DNA of 64,000 nt from an uncultured bacterium (GTDB lineage: Bacteria > Elusimicrobiota > Elusimicrobia > Elusimicrobiales > Elusimicrobiaceae), in contig CASEWB010000009.1 of assembly GCA_949291545.1 (NCBI GenBank), forward strand, positions 201,874-265,873, given 5' to 3'. Position 1 is the first letter of the stretch, and every line of letters starts with the position of its first letter. This document shows positions 24,780 through 34,872 of this stretch, one piece after another. A program made the position numbers and the translations under genes. The notes beneath the pieces were generated by a model. It had not been told where the DNA came from and ran no database searches. It worked only from the letters and a program-made list of their open reading frames with translations.

Positions 24780-25319
24780 TTAGCACTGCTTGCCGGCTTG
24801 ATAGGCTTCGTTAAAAGCCGGGGTGTTTTTGATTTCGCCCTTCTGCCAAGCGCCGGTGCCGTAAATGATGGCTTTTTCGTGCGCGTTATCCAGGCAGTCT
24901 TCGGTAAAGCCGCGCAGGGCTTCTACGGTGCGGGCGAGATTTTTCTTTTGTGTGTCGGCTGCGGTAAGGATAAAATAGAAATCCTTGTTGGAAATTTCCG
25001 TGTAGCGCGGGACGGTGCGGTCAATAAACGTTTTAAGCTGTCCGTCCATAGAATAAAAATACACCGGCGTAGCCAGCACAATTACATCGGCCTCAACCAT
25101 TTTATCCAGCAGGGCGGACATATCGTCTTTTTGTACGCAGCGGTGCGTTTCGTTGCAGACGCCGCAGCCCGTGCAATAATTTATTTTTTGTTCACACAGG
25201 GCAATTTTTTCCACGCGGTGCCCGGCTTCTTGCGCTCCTTTTGCAAATTGGTCGCACAACAAGTCCGAATTGCCGCCCTTGCGGGGGCTGGAAGAAATAA
25301 TCAGTACATTTTTAGCCAT
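24780..25319 (-). CDS. NAD(P)H-dependent FMN reductase / iron-sulfur flavoprotein-like
   Basis: MAKNVLIISSSPRKGGNSDLL, a Cys cluster YCTGCGVCNETHRC, and VLATPVYFYS. Confidence 0.75.
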   Translation of the reverse strand: MAKNVLIISSSPRKGGNSDLLCDQFAKGAQEAGHRVEKIALCEQKINYCTGCGVCNETHRCVQKDDMSALLDKMVEADVIVLATPVYFYSMDGQLKTFIDRTVPRYTEISNKDFYFILTAADTQKKNLARTVEALRGFTEDCLDNAHEKAIIYGTGAWQKGEIKNTPAFNEAYQAGKQC

Positions 25320-25329
25320 TTTTAAATCC

Positions 25330-25707
25330 TCACTTTAATAATTTTTTTTCACAGGCAACAATTCTTTCGTCATAAACGGAAATTTTGTAATTCAGCCGTT
25401 CCAGCGTTTGTTGCATTTGTTCAATCCGTTTTTTCAGGCGGTCCCGCTCGGCCACCAACAGGCTTTTGCGTTTTTGCAGGGTGCGGTTGCCTTTGGCGTA
25501 GAGGGTAATGTATTCCGTCAGTACTTCTATGGACAGGCCCGCCTCGCGCATACATTTAATAAATTCCACCCAACCGCAGTCCTCGGGGGTATAGTCGCGG
25601 ATGCCGTTTTCCTTGCGGTTGACGGGGGGAATGAGCCCTGCTTTTTCGTAATAGCGCAGGGTGTCCGGCGAAAGGCCGTATTTTTCACTCACTTCCGATA
25701 TAGTCAT
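25330..25707 (-). CDS. MerR-family transcriptional regulator
   Basis: MTISEVSEKYGLSPDTLRYYEKAGLIPPV is the HTH, followed by a coiled-coil dimerisation helix. Confidence 0.85.
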   Translation of the reverse strand: MTISEVSEKYGLSPDTLRYYEKAGLIPPVNRKENGIRDYTPEDCGWVEFIKCMREAGLSIEVLTEYITLYAKGNRTLQKRKSLLVAERDRLKKRIEQMQQTLERLNYKISVYDERIVACEKKLLK

Positions 25708-25726
25708 AAATTCCTCCGTTTGTTAT

Positions 25727-25757
25727 ATTGTAGTACTTGGAGTGAACTCCAGGTCAA
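25727..25757 (-). promoter_or_regulatory. MerR-type promoter/operator (19-bp spacer) for merR-FMN reductase
   Basis: The minus strand reads TTGACC-tggagttcactccaagtac(19 nt)-TACAAT. The dyad CTTGGAG-N4-CTCCAGG is nearly identical to the site at 24694-24711. Confidence 0.7.
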
Positions 25758-25817
25758 GCGGAAATTGCATAAAAAAGGCTCCCTCTTGGGAGCCTGGTAT
25801 ATTTTAATTTGATTAAG

Positions 25818-27053
25818 CTAGCAAACCGAGCCGGCGGCAGAGTCGGAGACGGGTTCTTTCCGGCGCACGGCGAATATTCCGCACAGGGTGGAACCTAATG
25901 CGCAAACAACAAAGGTAATACCGGTGGAAAGCATAATGTCGCCCATTCCCACCAACGGCGAAACAATGCTGCCAAACAGAAATCCGGCCGCTCCCAACAG
26001 GGCGGAACCGGTTCCGGCCTGCTCACGGGCGGCTTCCATAGCCAAGGTGGTAGCGGCGGTAAAAGTGAGCCCCATCGTAAAAAGCAAGACAATCAGGAGG
26101 CTTTCAAATACCAAAATGGACGCATCGTTGGCAAGTGCGGCATATACCAACAGGCTGCATACAAGCATTCCTGCACAGCTAGTTAAGATACAAGTTTCCT
26201 GCCGTTTAAATTTAACCGACAGCCCTGCCCCCGTTGCAATAGCCACCGAGTTTACCGCAAAAAATAAGCTAAACGCAAAAGGACTGAACCCATAATGTTG
26301 TTGGATAATAAACGGCGAGGCGGCAATGTATCCAAACAAAAGGGCTTGGGCAAAGGCCATCTGCAAAACGCATAACACATATTTGCGTTTTTGCAGGACG
26401 TTTTTAAACAAGCTTAGCGTGCGGGTGATTTTTTCTTTCGAGCGTTTTGCGTGGGAGAGCGATTCGTTAAAATGAACGCACGCGGTCGCCAACAGAATGC
26501 CTACTAGCAACAATATGCCAAACACCCCTTGCCAACCCGTCACCTTCAGTACGGCTCCGCCCACTACTGGCGCGGCCACCGGAGCAATCCCGTTAATAGC
26601 TCCGATAATCGCTAACGCTTTGGCTAGGTTTGCGCCTTTGAATTTATCCGTAGCAATCGAGCGGGAGATTACAATTCCGCCTGCCGCCGCTATGCCTTGC
26701 AGCAAGCGCAGTGTAATAAAGATTTCTATGGTCGGCGCAAAAATACACGCCAGCGTGGAAGCCAAGAACAACCCCATAGAAACAAGCAGTGGGAGCCGGC
26801 GGCCGAATTTATCGCTTAGCGGGCCAAATAAAATCTGGCCGGCGGCCAACCCCAACATAGAGGAAGTCAGCCCCAGCTGAACCAGCGAAGTGCTGGCATT
26901 AAAATACGAAGTCATAGCCGGAAGGCTGGGCAAATACATATCGGTTACAAACGGGCCAAACGCGGTAAGCATGCCCAAAAAGACAAAAATAAAAAAGGCC
27001 GAATTGCGCCTTTTTTTGGAGGTTCCCTGCCAGGTTTTTTGGGTTTGTTTCAT
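25818..27053 (-). CDS. MFS transporter, Bcr/CflA (DHA1) drug-resistance type
   Basis: 411 aa with 12 TM segments. Motifs are FGPFVTDMYLPSLPAM and GPLSDKFGRRLPLL. Confidence 0.8.
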   Translation of the reverse strand: MKQTQKTWQGTSKKRRNSAFFIFVFLGMLTAFGPFVTDMYLPSLPAMTSYFNASTSLVQLGLTSSMLGLAAGQILFGPLSDKFGRRLPLLVSMGLFLASTLACIFAPTIEIFITLRLLQGIAAAGGIVISRSIATDKFKGANLAKALAIIGAINGIAPVAAPVVGGAVLKVTGWQGVFGILLLVGILLATACVHFNESLSHAKRSKEKITRTLSLFKNVLQKRKYVLCVLQMAFAQALLFGYIAASPFIIQQHYGFSPFAFSLFFAVNSVAIATGAGLSVKFKRQETCILTSCAGMLVCSLLVYAALANDASILVFESLLIVLLFTMGLTFTAATTLAMEAAREQAGTGSALLGAAGFLFGSIVSPLVGMGDIMLSTGITFVVCALGSTLCGIFAVRRKEPVSDSAAGSVC

Positions 27054-27177
27054 CTCTTTTATTGTATCTTTTTAGGAGAGAAATTCAAAATTTACGTCTA
27101 TTTAAAAAAACTGTAAAAATAAAAAATTTCAGGGGGTTATCTTGCCTGCATTTTGGATAAAAAAGTAAAATATATAT

Positions 27178-28134
27178 ATGAGTTTTATGCGCCGTTTTCT
27201 CTTACCTTTAGCTGTGGCGCTGGCAAGCGGTATGTGCCCTTGCCCAGTGCAGGCTCAGAAAAATGTATTTTTGTTGGAGCGTGCTTCCCAGCGGGCGTCT
27301 GCCTCTTTGTTTTCGGCCCGTTTGCTGCAGGAAACTTCTTTCTTGCGCTCTTTTAGCGTGCAGGCAGCTGCCGCCAGCCGGGTTTTGGGTGGAAAACCGG
27401 CCGGGGTGCTTTCCCCCATGCGGGTGGATATTTCCCGTGCGGCATTGCGCAAAAGCTTGCAGCAAAAAATTAATGTTTTCCCTAATAAAAATAAAATAGA
27501 TGCCGTGATTTTTGATTTGGACGGTACTTTGCTGGATTCGCTTTCGGCGTGGGATAATTCCGGCGTGAACTTTTTGCGAAGCCGCGGCATAGAACCGCCG
27601 CCCGGTTTACAGGAAAAGCTGGTCAAAATGTCGCTTATGGACGGAGCGCGCTATATTAAAAACACTTATGGCTTTGCCGAACCCGCCGAAGAATTGCTGC
27701 GCCAGACCTTGCAGCCTATATGCGCCCGCTACTACCGGGATATTCAGCCCAAGCCCGGCATTGTGCAAGCCGTACATTTTTTGCGTGCCCAAGGAGTAAA
27801 GTTGTGCGTGGCGACCGCCTCGGACCGGAAATTGACCGAAGCCGCTTTAAAAAGGCTGGGGCTATTGGACGCGTTTGACTTTATTATCACTTGCGATGAA
27901 GCCGGCGCCGGCAAACAAAGCCCGGCCGTATACGAGGAGGCTCTTAAAAAACTAGGCACTTCCAAAGAACGAACCTTGGTGGTGGAGGACGCTCTTTATG
28001 CCCTTAGGACGGCCCAAAAAGCGGGGTTTATCACCGCCGCCGCGGCCGATGCCCACTCCGCCGCCGACCAAGTGAATTTGTTTAAAGAAGCGGACTATTA
28101 TATCCTTTCCTTTTCAGAAGTGGAATTTAAATAA
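27178..28134 (+). CDS. HAD-superfamily hydrolase (subfamily IA) with N-terminal signal/extension
   Basis: AVIFDLDGTLLDS is motif I. VATASDR and GAGKQSPAVYEEA...VVEDALYAL are motifs II-IV. Confidence 0.75.
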   Translation: MSFMRRFLLPLAVALASGMCPCPVQAQKNVFLLERASQRASASLFSARLLQETSFLRSFSVQAAAASRVLGGKPAGVLSPMRVDISRAALRKSLQQKINVFPNKNKIDAVIFDLDGTLLDSLSAWDNSGVNFLRSRGIEPPPGLQEKLVKMSLMDGARYIKNTYGFAEPAEELLRQTLQPICARYYRDIQPKPGIVQAVHFLRAQGVKLCVATASDRKLTEAALKRLGLLDAFDFIITCDEAGAGKQSPAVYEEALKKLGTSKERTLVVEDALYALRTAQKAGFITAAAADAHSAADQVNLFKEADYYILSFSEVEFK

Positions 28135-28290
28135 TTTGTGTTGCAAACCATACTGCCGCCCTTGGCCGTGCGCCGGGGCGGTTTTTTGATATAGGAAACG
28201 GCACACAACTTGCCAAAAGGGCGTTCTATAAGGGCTTGCAATATGGTATAGTAAAGGGGAAGGAAGTACCATATTTAAGGAGGGGATTTT

Positions 28291-29505
28291 ATGTGGGAAA
28301 AAGACATTAATATTAATGAAGTGCGCGAAATTCGCAGCCGCACCTTGGTGTATTTTGGGGTAGGTGCCATTGCGAAAATTTCGGACATTTGCAAGGACTT
28401 GAAATCTAGGGGGATTACCAAGCTGATTGTAATGACGGGCCGCGGCGCGTATAAAAAAACCGGCGCGTGGGACCACGTCACCAAAGCGTTTGCCGAAAAT
28501 GGGATTGAATACGTTCACTACGATAAAGTAACCCCGAACCCGAACACGCACCACGTCAACGAAGCGGCCAAAATGGCGGCCGACTTTGGCGCCCAGGCGA
28601 TGTTGGCCATTGGCGGCGGTTCCGCTATTGATGCCGGCAAGAGCGTGGCTATTTTGATGAAGAACCCCGGTCACAGCGCAGAAGACCTATATGAATTTAA
28701 ATTTACGCCGACCGAAGCCGCTCCGATTATTGCCATCAACCTCACGCACGGCACCGGTTCCGAAGCCAACCGCTTTGCGGTGGTAAGCATCGAAGAAAAG
28801 AATTTCAAACCTGCCATCGCCTACGATTGCATCTATCCGCTTTATTCCATCGACGACCCGGCCTTAATGACCGGCTTGGCCGAAAACCAGACCCGCTATG
28901 TATCTATCGACGCCGTCAACCATGTCGTGGAAGCCGCCACAACCAAAGTAGCTTCTCCGTATGCGATTGATTTGGCTGTAGCTGTGGTGAAACTGGTCAG
29001 CGAATATCTGCCCGTGGCGCTTAAAGACCCGGCCAACTTGGAAGCGCGCTACTTCCTGGCGTATGCGGCGTTGATTGCCGGCATCAGCTTTGATAACGGC
29101 ATGCTGCACTACACGCACGCTTTGGAACATCCGCTTTCCGGTGTGAACCCGAACTTGACCCACGGCTTAGGCTTGGCGATGTTGCTGCCGGCCGTAATCA
29201 AGAACATTTACGCCGCCAAACCGGCCACGCTGGCCGACGTGTTGGCCCCGATTGTGCCCGGTTTGACCGGCTGCGCCTGCGAAGCTGAAAAAGCGGCCTT
29301 GGGCGTGGAAAAATGGTTGTTCTCGGTGGGCGCTACGCACAAATTGGAAGACGAAGGCTTTAAAGCCGCCGACGTGGATAAACTCGTGGACTTGGCTTTC
29401 AACACGCCTTCCTTGGGCGGCTTGTTGGGCATTGCTCCTACCCAGGCCACCCCGGAAGCGGTCCGCGCGATTTACACCGAATCGCTCAAACCGTATAACA
29501 AATAA
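28291..29505 (+). CDS. Iron-containing (group III) alcohol dehydrogenase
   Basis: 404 aa. Motifs are MLAIGGGSAIDAGKSVA, INLTHGTGSE and HYTHALEHPLSG. Confidence 0.85.
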   Translation: MWEKDININEVREIRSRTLVYFGVGAIAKISDICKDLKSRGITKLIVMTGRGAYKKTGAWDHVTKAFAENGIEYVHYDKVTPNPNTHHVNEAAKMAADFGAQAMLAIGGGSAIDAGKSVAILMKNPGHSAEDLYEFKFTPTEAAPIIAINLTHGTGSEANRFAVVSIEEKNFKPAIAYDCIYPLYSIDDPALMTGLAENQTRYVSIDAVNHVVEAATTKVASPYAIDLAVAVVKLVSEYLPVALKDPANLEARYFLAYAALIAGISFDNGMLHYTHALEHPLSGVNPNLTHGLGLAMLLPAVIKNIYAAKPATLADVLAPIVPGLTGCACEAEKAALGVEKWLFSVGATHKLEDEGFKAADVDKLVDLAFNTPSLGGLLGIAPTQATPEAVRAIYTESLKPYNK

Positions 29506-29523
29506 CTTTGGGCTAGAACCCAC

Positions 29524-29556
29524 AAAAACCCCGGTCTATTCGGCCGGGGTTTTTTG
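29524..29556. terminator. Bidirectional terminator
   Basis: aaaaaccccgg-tctattcgg-ccggggtttttt lies between convergent genes. Confidence 0.75.
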
Positions 29557-29558
29557 TG

Positions 29559-30200
29559 TTAAAACTTGTAAAATAAACCAGCCGAGTAAGAAATATAACT
29601 GGCTTGAGGGAAAAGTTTTACATATTCTTGCTGTGCGGTAAATTTGCTTGTTTTAAACCGGTTGTAATTATACCGGGCTTCCGCATTCAATCCTATATGC
29701 GCCGAAACCATATATTCCATTCCTAACCCTATGGAAGCGGCCCAATTGGTATCTTGGAATTGTTCCGCTTTTTCCATTTCTATACTCGTGCGCGTGTTGG
29801 CTATGCCAAGGCCTAACGGCAGGTAAAACTGCAGGGAATTTTGAGGATTGAGGTAAATCCGGGAGAGCAACATATAGTGTAAGCTCTGGGTATTTACGTT
29901 TAGTTCCAGCCCGCTGGCCCGGTCCGTCGGAAAATAATCATACCCGAAAGAAAGCCCCAAGGCAACTCGCTGGGATAAGAAATAGAAACCGTGGATATTG
30001 AATCCGAGGCTTGGGTCTCCCAGTTTAGCGTCGTGTTCTACGCCGGTGGTAACATTGACGACATTAAATTCACCCCAATCGCTTCCCAAGCACGGAATAG
30101 CCGTGTTCAAGGATATGCCTAATGTTTTATCGCCTGATTGATAGGCAAACGATAGCGTATGCAACAAAATAAGACTGAAGAACAATAGATACTTTTTCAT
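29559..30200 (-). CDS. Outer-membrane beta-barrel protein (OmpW/OmpA-barrel-like)
   Basis: Signal peptide, alternating strand pattern and a C-terminal ...AGLFYKF. Confidence 0.65.
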   Translation of the reverse strand: MKKYLLFFSLILLHTLSFAYQSGDKTLGISLNTAIPCLGSDWGEFNVVNVTTGVEHDAKLGDPSLGFNIHGFYFLSQRVALGLSFGYDYFPTDRASGLELNVNTQSLHYMLLSRIYLNPQNSLQFYLPLGLGIANTRTSIEMEKAEQFQDTNWAASIGLGMEYMVSAHIGLNAEARYNYNRFKTSKFTAQQEYVKLFPQASYISYSAGLFYKF

Positions 30201-30213
30201 TAATACTGCCTCC

Positions 30214-32223
30214 TTATCGCTTTAATTTTTCTACATCTAAAAGGCTATGAAGCATTCCGCCCAGCGGATGAAGATGCGGTGCGTTGGAAAAAATGTTGGC
30301 GAGTTTTTCCGGATCCGCTTCTTCGGCCGGCAACGGGTGGAGCTGGTTAAAGTCAAAGGCGGGATATATTTCCACCGGGTCCAGCGCATTGGGGCGGAGC
30401 AATACAAAATAATGTTCGTCTGCAAAGGCTACATCGCGGGAAAAACAACGGTAGTCCACAAAACAGCCGGAGGTAATAACTATACGGTTGGTTTGATCTT
30501 CGAACAGGCTGCGCCCGGTGAAATCTTCCCGCTCAAAGGCAGGCGGCTGGCCGGTCAGCAAAGATGCCAAATGTAAAATGGTAGGGATTAAATCCGAAGT
30601 GCTGACATAACGCTTTTGGTTTTGCACAAAATGGTTCCAGTTGGTAGCCGGAATTTGCTGTTGCAACGCCGGCGGAATATACCAAATAAAAGGTACTCTG
30701 ACTGATTCTTCATGCAAATCTTGGTTATGGAAATAAGCTCCGTGTTCATAAAATCCTTCGCCGTGATCGGAAGTGAGGACGACAATCGTCCGCTGGAGGT
30801 CTATTTCGTTTAACAAATTTGCTTCCAGGTGGGATAAATAATAAATGGCATTGTCGTAGCAGTTAACAGAGGCTTGCGGCCAATGGGCGCGTTCAGTTTC
30901 ACACGGTTGGAAAGGGGTAAATCCTTCCTGTTGGTAGTATGGAAAATGCATACTGTTGGCGTGAAAAACACCCACAAAACGGGGGTGTTGCTTAATGGCT
31001 TTTGCCAAATGGCGGATAGCTGATTCATCGGGGATATAATCCAGGGAATCTTTTTGGTTATTGTCATCGGCGGCACTCCAGACGTACTTCATATTAAACG
31101 AATTAAAAAATTCGTCCAAACGCGCCCATTTCTTGCCAGCGGTTAAAATATAGAAGGTAAAAAATGGTTGGGGGAAATAGTCCCATAGCGTAAGAGAATC
31201 TTTAATGGCGGAAGGGTGCCGCTGCGGGCCTTGGCCGGTAAAAAGTGCGGGAATAGCGGTATCGGTATAATTGGCCGGCGAGAGTGCTTGAAAGATGTAG
31301 GACTTCTGATAGAAAGATTTTAGCGGGCGGTCGGGGTAGCGGTCGTATCCGTAGGCTCCCATATTGCGGGCCCGCTGGGCGTCGTTAACAATGACCAGCA
31401 CATTAAATGGAATATCCGGGGCCTGGAAAGTTTTGTATTTGGCAGAGGCGGCTTCGGACTGTTTAAGGCTTTTATCCCGTTCCGGGCTGAAGAGGCTGTC
31501 AAAAATTTCTACCATAAATTGGGCATCAAATGCTAAGCGCGGAACTTGATTTTTGAGCGGCCCTCCTAGCAAAGCGAAAAAAAACGCACTCAAGCTAAAT
31601 CCGCTTATGAAAAGGATTTTAAGGGAGCGTTGTTTGCTCTTGACTATAAATGCAAGGAAAGACACTGTTCCAAATAGGCCCGCTATATACAAACTGCGGG
31701 TGAATACCTGGTGCAGATCGTATTTGAAGCACCATTTCATTTGTATGAGCCATATTATTAGGGCGGGCAGCCAGATAAACCATTTTTTAAATAAAGCAAA
31801 GGGCTGTTGTTTTTCCCCTTTAAATAACGGGCGCAGGCACCAACAGGAAAAGAAAGCAAGGGCGCTTCCAGCCAGAATAATCCAACCCGCATAGGGCAGC
31901 AGTTGCATTTTGAGCGTAGCAAGCAAAAAAAGCGGCTCACGCATCAAAGCGGTAAGCAGCTGGGAAGGAATAAAGGCACCGTAATTTTGGTAATAAAAGA
32001 AATTAAGCAGTGGCAAAGCGACCGCCAGTGAGCATAGCATCGCCCAGCCACGACCATATTTGCAAAGAAATAGCGAGGAAACAAATACGGAGAATGTGCT
32101 GTACAGACAAAGCGAAAAACACCAAGAAACCATTAGCCAGGGTTGAAAAACCGGCTGTAAAACAAACTGTAAAACGGCAAAAAGAAAGACGAAAGAAACT
32201 GCCCAAAGCAGATTTTTTTTCAT
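30214..32223 (-). CDS. Membrane-anchored sulfatase-family enzyme (phosphoethanolamine/phosphoglycerol transferase-like)
   Basis: 669 aa. The N-terminus has multiple TM segments. The C-terminal domain carries NVLVIVNDAQRA and VVLTSDHGEGFYEHG. Confidence 0.7.
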   Translation of the reverse strand: MKKNLLWAVSFVFLFAVLQFVLQPVFQPWLMVSWCFSLCLYSTFSVFVSSLFLCKYGRGWAMLCSLAVALPLLNFFYYQNYGAFIPSQLLTALMREPLFLLATLKMQLLPYAGWIILAGSALAFFSCWCLRPLFKGEKQQPFALFKKWFIWLPALIIWLIQMKWCFKYDLHQVFTRSLYIAGLFGTVSFLAFIVKSKQRSLKILFISGFSLSAFFFALLGGPLKNQVPRLAFDAQFMVEIFDSLFSPERDKSLKQSEAASAKYKTFQAPDIPFNVLVIVNDAQRARNMGAYGYDRYPDRPLKSFYQKSYIFQALSPANYTDTAIPALFTGQGPQRHPSAIKDSLTLWDYFPQPFFTFYILTAGKKWARLDEFFNSFNMKYVWSAADDNNQKDSLDYIPDESAIRHLAKAIKQHPRFVGVFHANSMHFPYYQQEGFTPFQPCETERAHWPQASVNCYDNAIYYLSHLEANLLNEIDLQRTIVVLTSDHGEGFYEHGAYFHNQDLHEESVRVPFIWYIPPALQQQIPATNWNHFVQNQKRYVSTSDLIPTILHLASLLTGQPPAFEREDFTGRSLFEDQTNRIVITSGCFVDYRCFSRDVAFADEHYFVLLRPNALDPVEIYPAFDFNQLHPLPAEEADPEKLANIFSNAPHLHPLGGMLHSLLDVEKLKR

Positions 32224-32627
32224 AGAGCTGACCTCGTTATTATTTCAATCTCAAAAATAACAGGCCAGCACGAGAAAAGAATAAGCGGTAGCGACGAGGA
32301 GGGCGGTACAAGGCAGTAAAAAACGGCTGTTAAATTTGAGCCAGCTCTAATAACCCAAATATAAACAGCCGTGGCTTTCTGCCATATAATATGGCAGAAA
32401 GCACTCGGCACGGCATATTTAAGGGATCAGTTTAAATATGCTGTGCCTAAAACGACTGCTTTTGGATTAGAGCTGTGCCGTTGGTTTCCCAACAGCGCAC
32501 CGTATTCTTCATACGGTTCCAAAAACAGATTTAAATTGTATATAAGCCACGTTGAAGGCTTATTTGTTTTAAAAACTCCTTTATTGAATAATAGTTATTA
32601 TAAAAAATTTTAATCTGCTTTTCAGTT

Positions 32628-33941
32628 TTAATTTAAGCGGCGGCTGCCGCGGACGTATTCAAAAAATTGTTTTACGCGGCCGTCGCACAAAATGTCTTTG
32701 ACGGAAATTTCCTTCTTTAAATGCACTCCCGCCAAGGTGCGGCAGCGGCTAAGCGCCACATACGTCTGCCCGGGGGCAAACGCGCCGCGGCCGATGTCCA
32801 AATAAATGCTGTCAAACGTCAGCCCCTGGGATTTATGGATCGTAATGGCCCAGGCTAATTTTAACGGATACTGCTTGAAAAATCCTTTTACCTTAGGCTG
32901 GAGTTTTTGCATCAGCGGGTTAAATTCGTAGCGCACATCTTCCCACACATGCGGTTCCACTTGGTAGATGGCGCCTTTTAGTTCCACCTTAATAAAATCC
33001 GGGCCCAAATCGTAGACGGTGCCGATGTCGCCGTTTACCCAGTTATCGTCGTTGACGAGCATCATAATTTTGGCGCCTTTTTTTAGGCGCAGCACAGGGT
33101 CCGCCGGCGGTGTTTTGGTCTGGAAAGATTCGTCTGCCGTGGCGGTATAGGTGAACTCTTGCCCCGGCAGTTGGGAAAGATAGTGCACGTTGCGCCAAGC
33201 GGCGTCGCGGTTGGTGGGGGCTAAGATAATACTGTTTTCAAATGTTTCGGGCAGTTCAAACGTTTTATGCGTGTTGAGCAGGGCGTCCAGCTCCGGTTGG
33301 GTGGCTTGGCCTTCGCGTATCAAGTTAAGCAAGCGGGTAAAATCGCGGTCCTCTTGTTGGCGGAAAATGCGTTGCAGTTCAAACACTTCCGTTGGCAGGC
33401 GGCGCAGCACATGCGCTTCAAAAAAATACGGGCTGGGGTATATTTCCCGGAAGTAATCAAACAGCCCGCCCGAGGGTTGCTCCTCTACCGGCGGCAGTTG
33501 GAATAAATCGCCAAACAATACAATTTTTTTGCCGCCGAAAGGTTCTTCCGAATAAGTGGAAATTTGCAAAATGTGGTCAATGGCGTCCAGCAGATCGGCG
33601 CGGAGCATGGAGGCTTCGTCAATAATAATCGTATCCACAGCGTCCACCGTTTTGCGCGGCAATCGCTTGAGGTTACTTTTGTCCAACAGATTGCCCGGTT
33701 TTAACCGGAAGAAAGAATGCACCGTCTGCCCGCGCACATTAATAGCTGCCAGCCCTGTGGTAGCCAGCACGACGGTATTTTGTGCGGTATGTTCGGCAAA
33801 GTAGCGCAAAAGCGTGGTTTTGCCGGTGCCCGCCCGGCCGGTGATAAAGATAAGCGGTTTTATGGGCGGTTTTGCTTCCAAAAGGTTTAGGGCGTCTTTA
33901 AATTCGTCGGTTAAAATGATGTTGGGTTTTCCAGCGGGCAT
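32628..33941 (-). CDS. Pif1/RecD-like SF1 DNA helicase
   Basis: ITGRAGTGKTTLL (Walker A), TIIIDEASML (Walker B), ITIHKSQGLTFD and TYVALSRCRT. Confidence 0.8.
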   Translation of the reverse strand: MPAGKPNIILTDEFKDALNLLEAKPPIKPLIFITGRAGTGKTTLLRYFAEHTAQNTVVLATTGLAAINVRGQTVHSFFRLKPGNLLDKSNLKRLPRKTVDAVDTIIIDEASMLRADLLDAIDHILQISTYSEEPFGGKKIVLFGDLFQLPPVEEQPSGGLFDYFREIYPSPYFFEAHVLRRLPTEVFELQRIFRQQEDRDFTRLLNLIREGQATQPELDALLNTHKTFELPETFENSIILAPTNRDAAWRNVHYLSQLPGQEFTYTATADESFQTKTPPADPVLRLKKGAKIMMLVNDDNWVNGDIGTVYDLGPDFIKVELKGAIYQVEPHVWEDVRYEFNPLMQKLQPKVKGFFKQYPLKLAWAITIHKSQGLTFDSIYLDIGRGAFAPGQTYVALSRCRTLAGVHLKKEISVKDILCDGRVKQFFEYVRGSRRLN

Positions 33942-34033
33942 ATCTTTATTATAGCAATTCGCGTTTTAGCGCGGGGCCGCTCCCAAAAGCATAGGTGCTG
34001 TGCTCCGGGGGCGGTTTTTGGTATAGTATTCCT

Positions 34034-34807
34034 ATGGAAACTTCTATTTTTACTGCATTTACACTCAGTTTTTTGGCGGGCGCGGCAACTGCTGTGGGCG
34101 GTGCGCTGGCGTTTGTAATTAAAAAGGAAAATTTATCTGCGCTCTCGTTGGGGTTGGGGTTTTCGGCCGGGGTAATGATTTATGTGTCGTTTATGGAAAT
34201 TTTGCCCCAGGCCACGCAGTCCCTGGGGGCGCTTTACGGGCAACACCCTGGCGCTTGGGCGGCTACGGGGTTGTTTTTCTTGGGTATTGTGCTGGCGTGG
34301 TTGATTGATACCTTGCTTCCCTCCCACCATGTGGAAGAACATACCTTAGACCAGTCCGCCAAATTAAAACATTTGGGCTTGTTTACCGCGCTGGCGCTTG
34401 CCATACACAACTTTCCCGAAGGATTAGCCACGTTTATGGCTTCTATGCAGGAGCCCGCTTTGGGCGTTTCCATTGCGGTAGCGGTGGCTATCCACAATAT
34501 TCCCGAGGGGGTGGCCGTGGCCCTGCCTATTTACCACGCTACCGGCAACCGCGCGCAGGCGTTTTGGTACAGTGCCGGTTCCGGCTTGGCCGAACCGGTA
34601 GGGGCGGTGCTGGGGTTTTTCCTGCTTAAGGCATTTTTGCACGAGGCCGCCTTTGGGGTATTGTTTGCCTTGATTGCGGGGATTATGGTCTATATCGCTT
34701 TAGACGAACTGTTGCCTACCGCGCACGAATATGGCGACGGGCACAAAGTTATTTGGGGCGTTGTGGGCGGTATGATGGTGATGGCGGTTTCCCTGCTGTT
34801 ATTTTAG
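34034..34807 (+). CDS. zupT: ZIP-family zinc transporter
   Basis: LAIHNFPEGLA and VAIHNIPEGVAVA. Start at METSIF. Confidence 0.85.
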   Translation: METSIFTAFTLSFLAGAATAVGGALAFVIKKENLSALSLGLGFSAGVMIYVSFMEILPQATQSLGALYGQHPGAWAATGLFFLGIVLAWLIDTLLPSHHVEEHTLDQSAKLKHLGLFTALALAIHNFPEGLATFMASMQEPALGVSIAVAVAIHNIPEGVAVALPIYHATGNRAQAFWYSAGSGLAEPVGAVLGFFLLKAFLHEAAFGVLFALIAGIMVYIALDELLPTAHEYGDGHKVIWGVVGGMMVMAVSLLLF

Positions 34808-34872
34808 TTTGTGATACTTTTTGCTTTGCCGGATAATATAGGTGCAGGCAACCTTACAGGCAAGAGCGTGTT

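Noticed and set aside
28114-28674. 186-aa minus-strand ORF overlapping the start of the Fe-ADH gene
   Set aside because: It is antisense to a well-supported CDS in GC-rich DNA, with Arg/Gly/His-rich composition and no motif. This is a typical shadow ORF. The same reasoning applies to many other track ORFs: 1852-2439, 24798-25325, 38833-39360, 43985-44503, 46414-47049, 52088-52975, 56615-57316 and 62585-63109.
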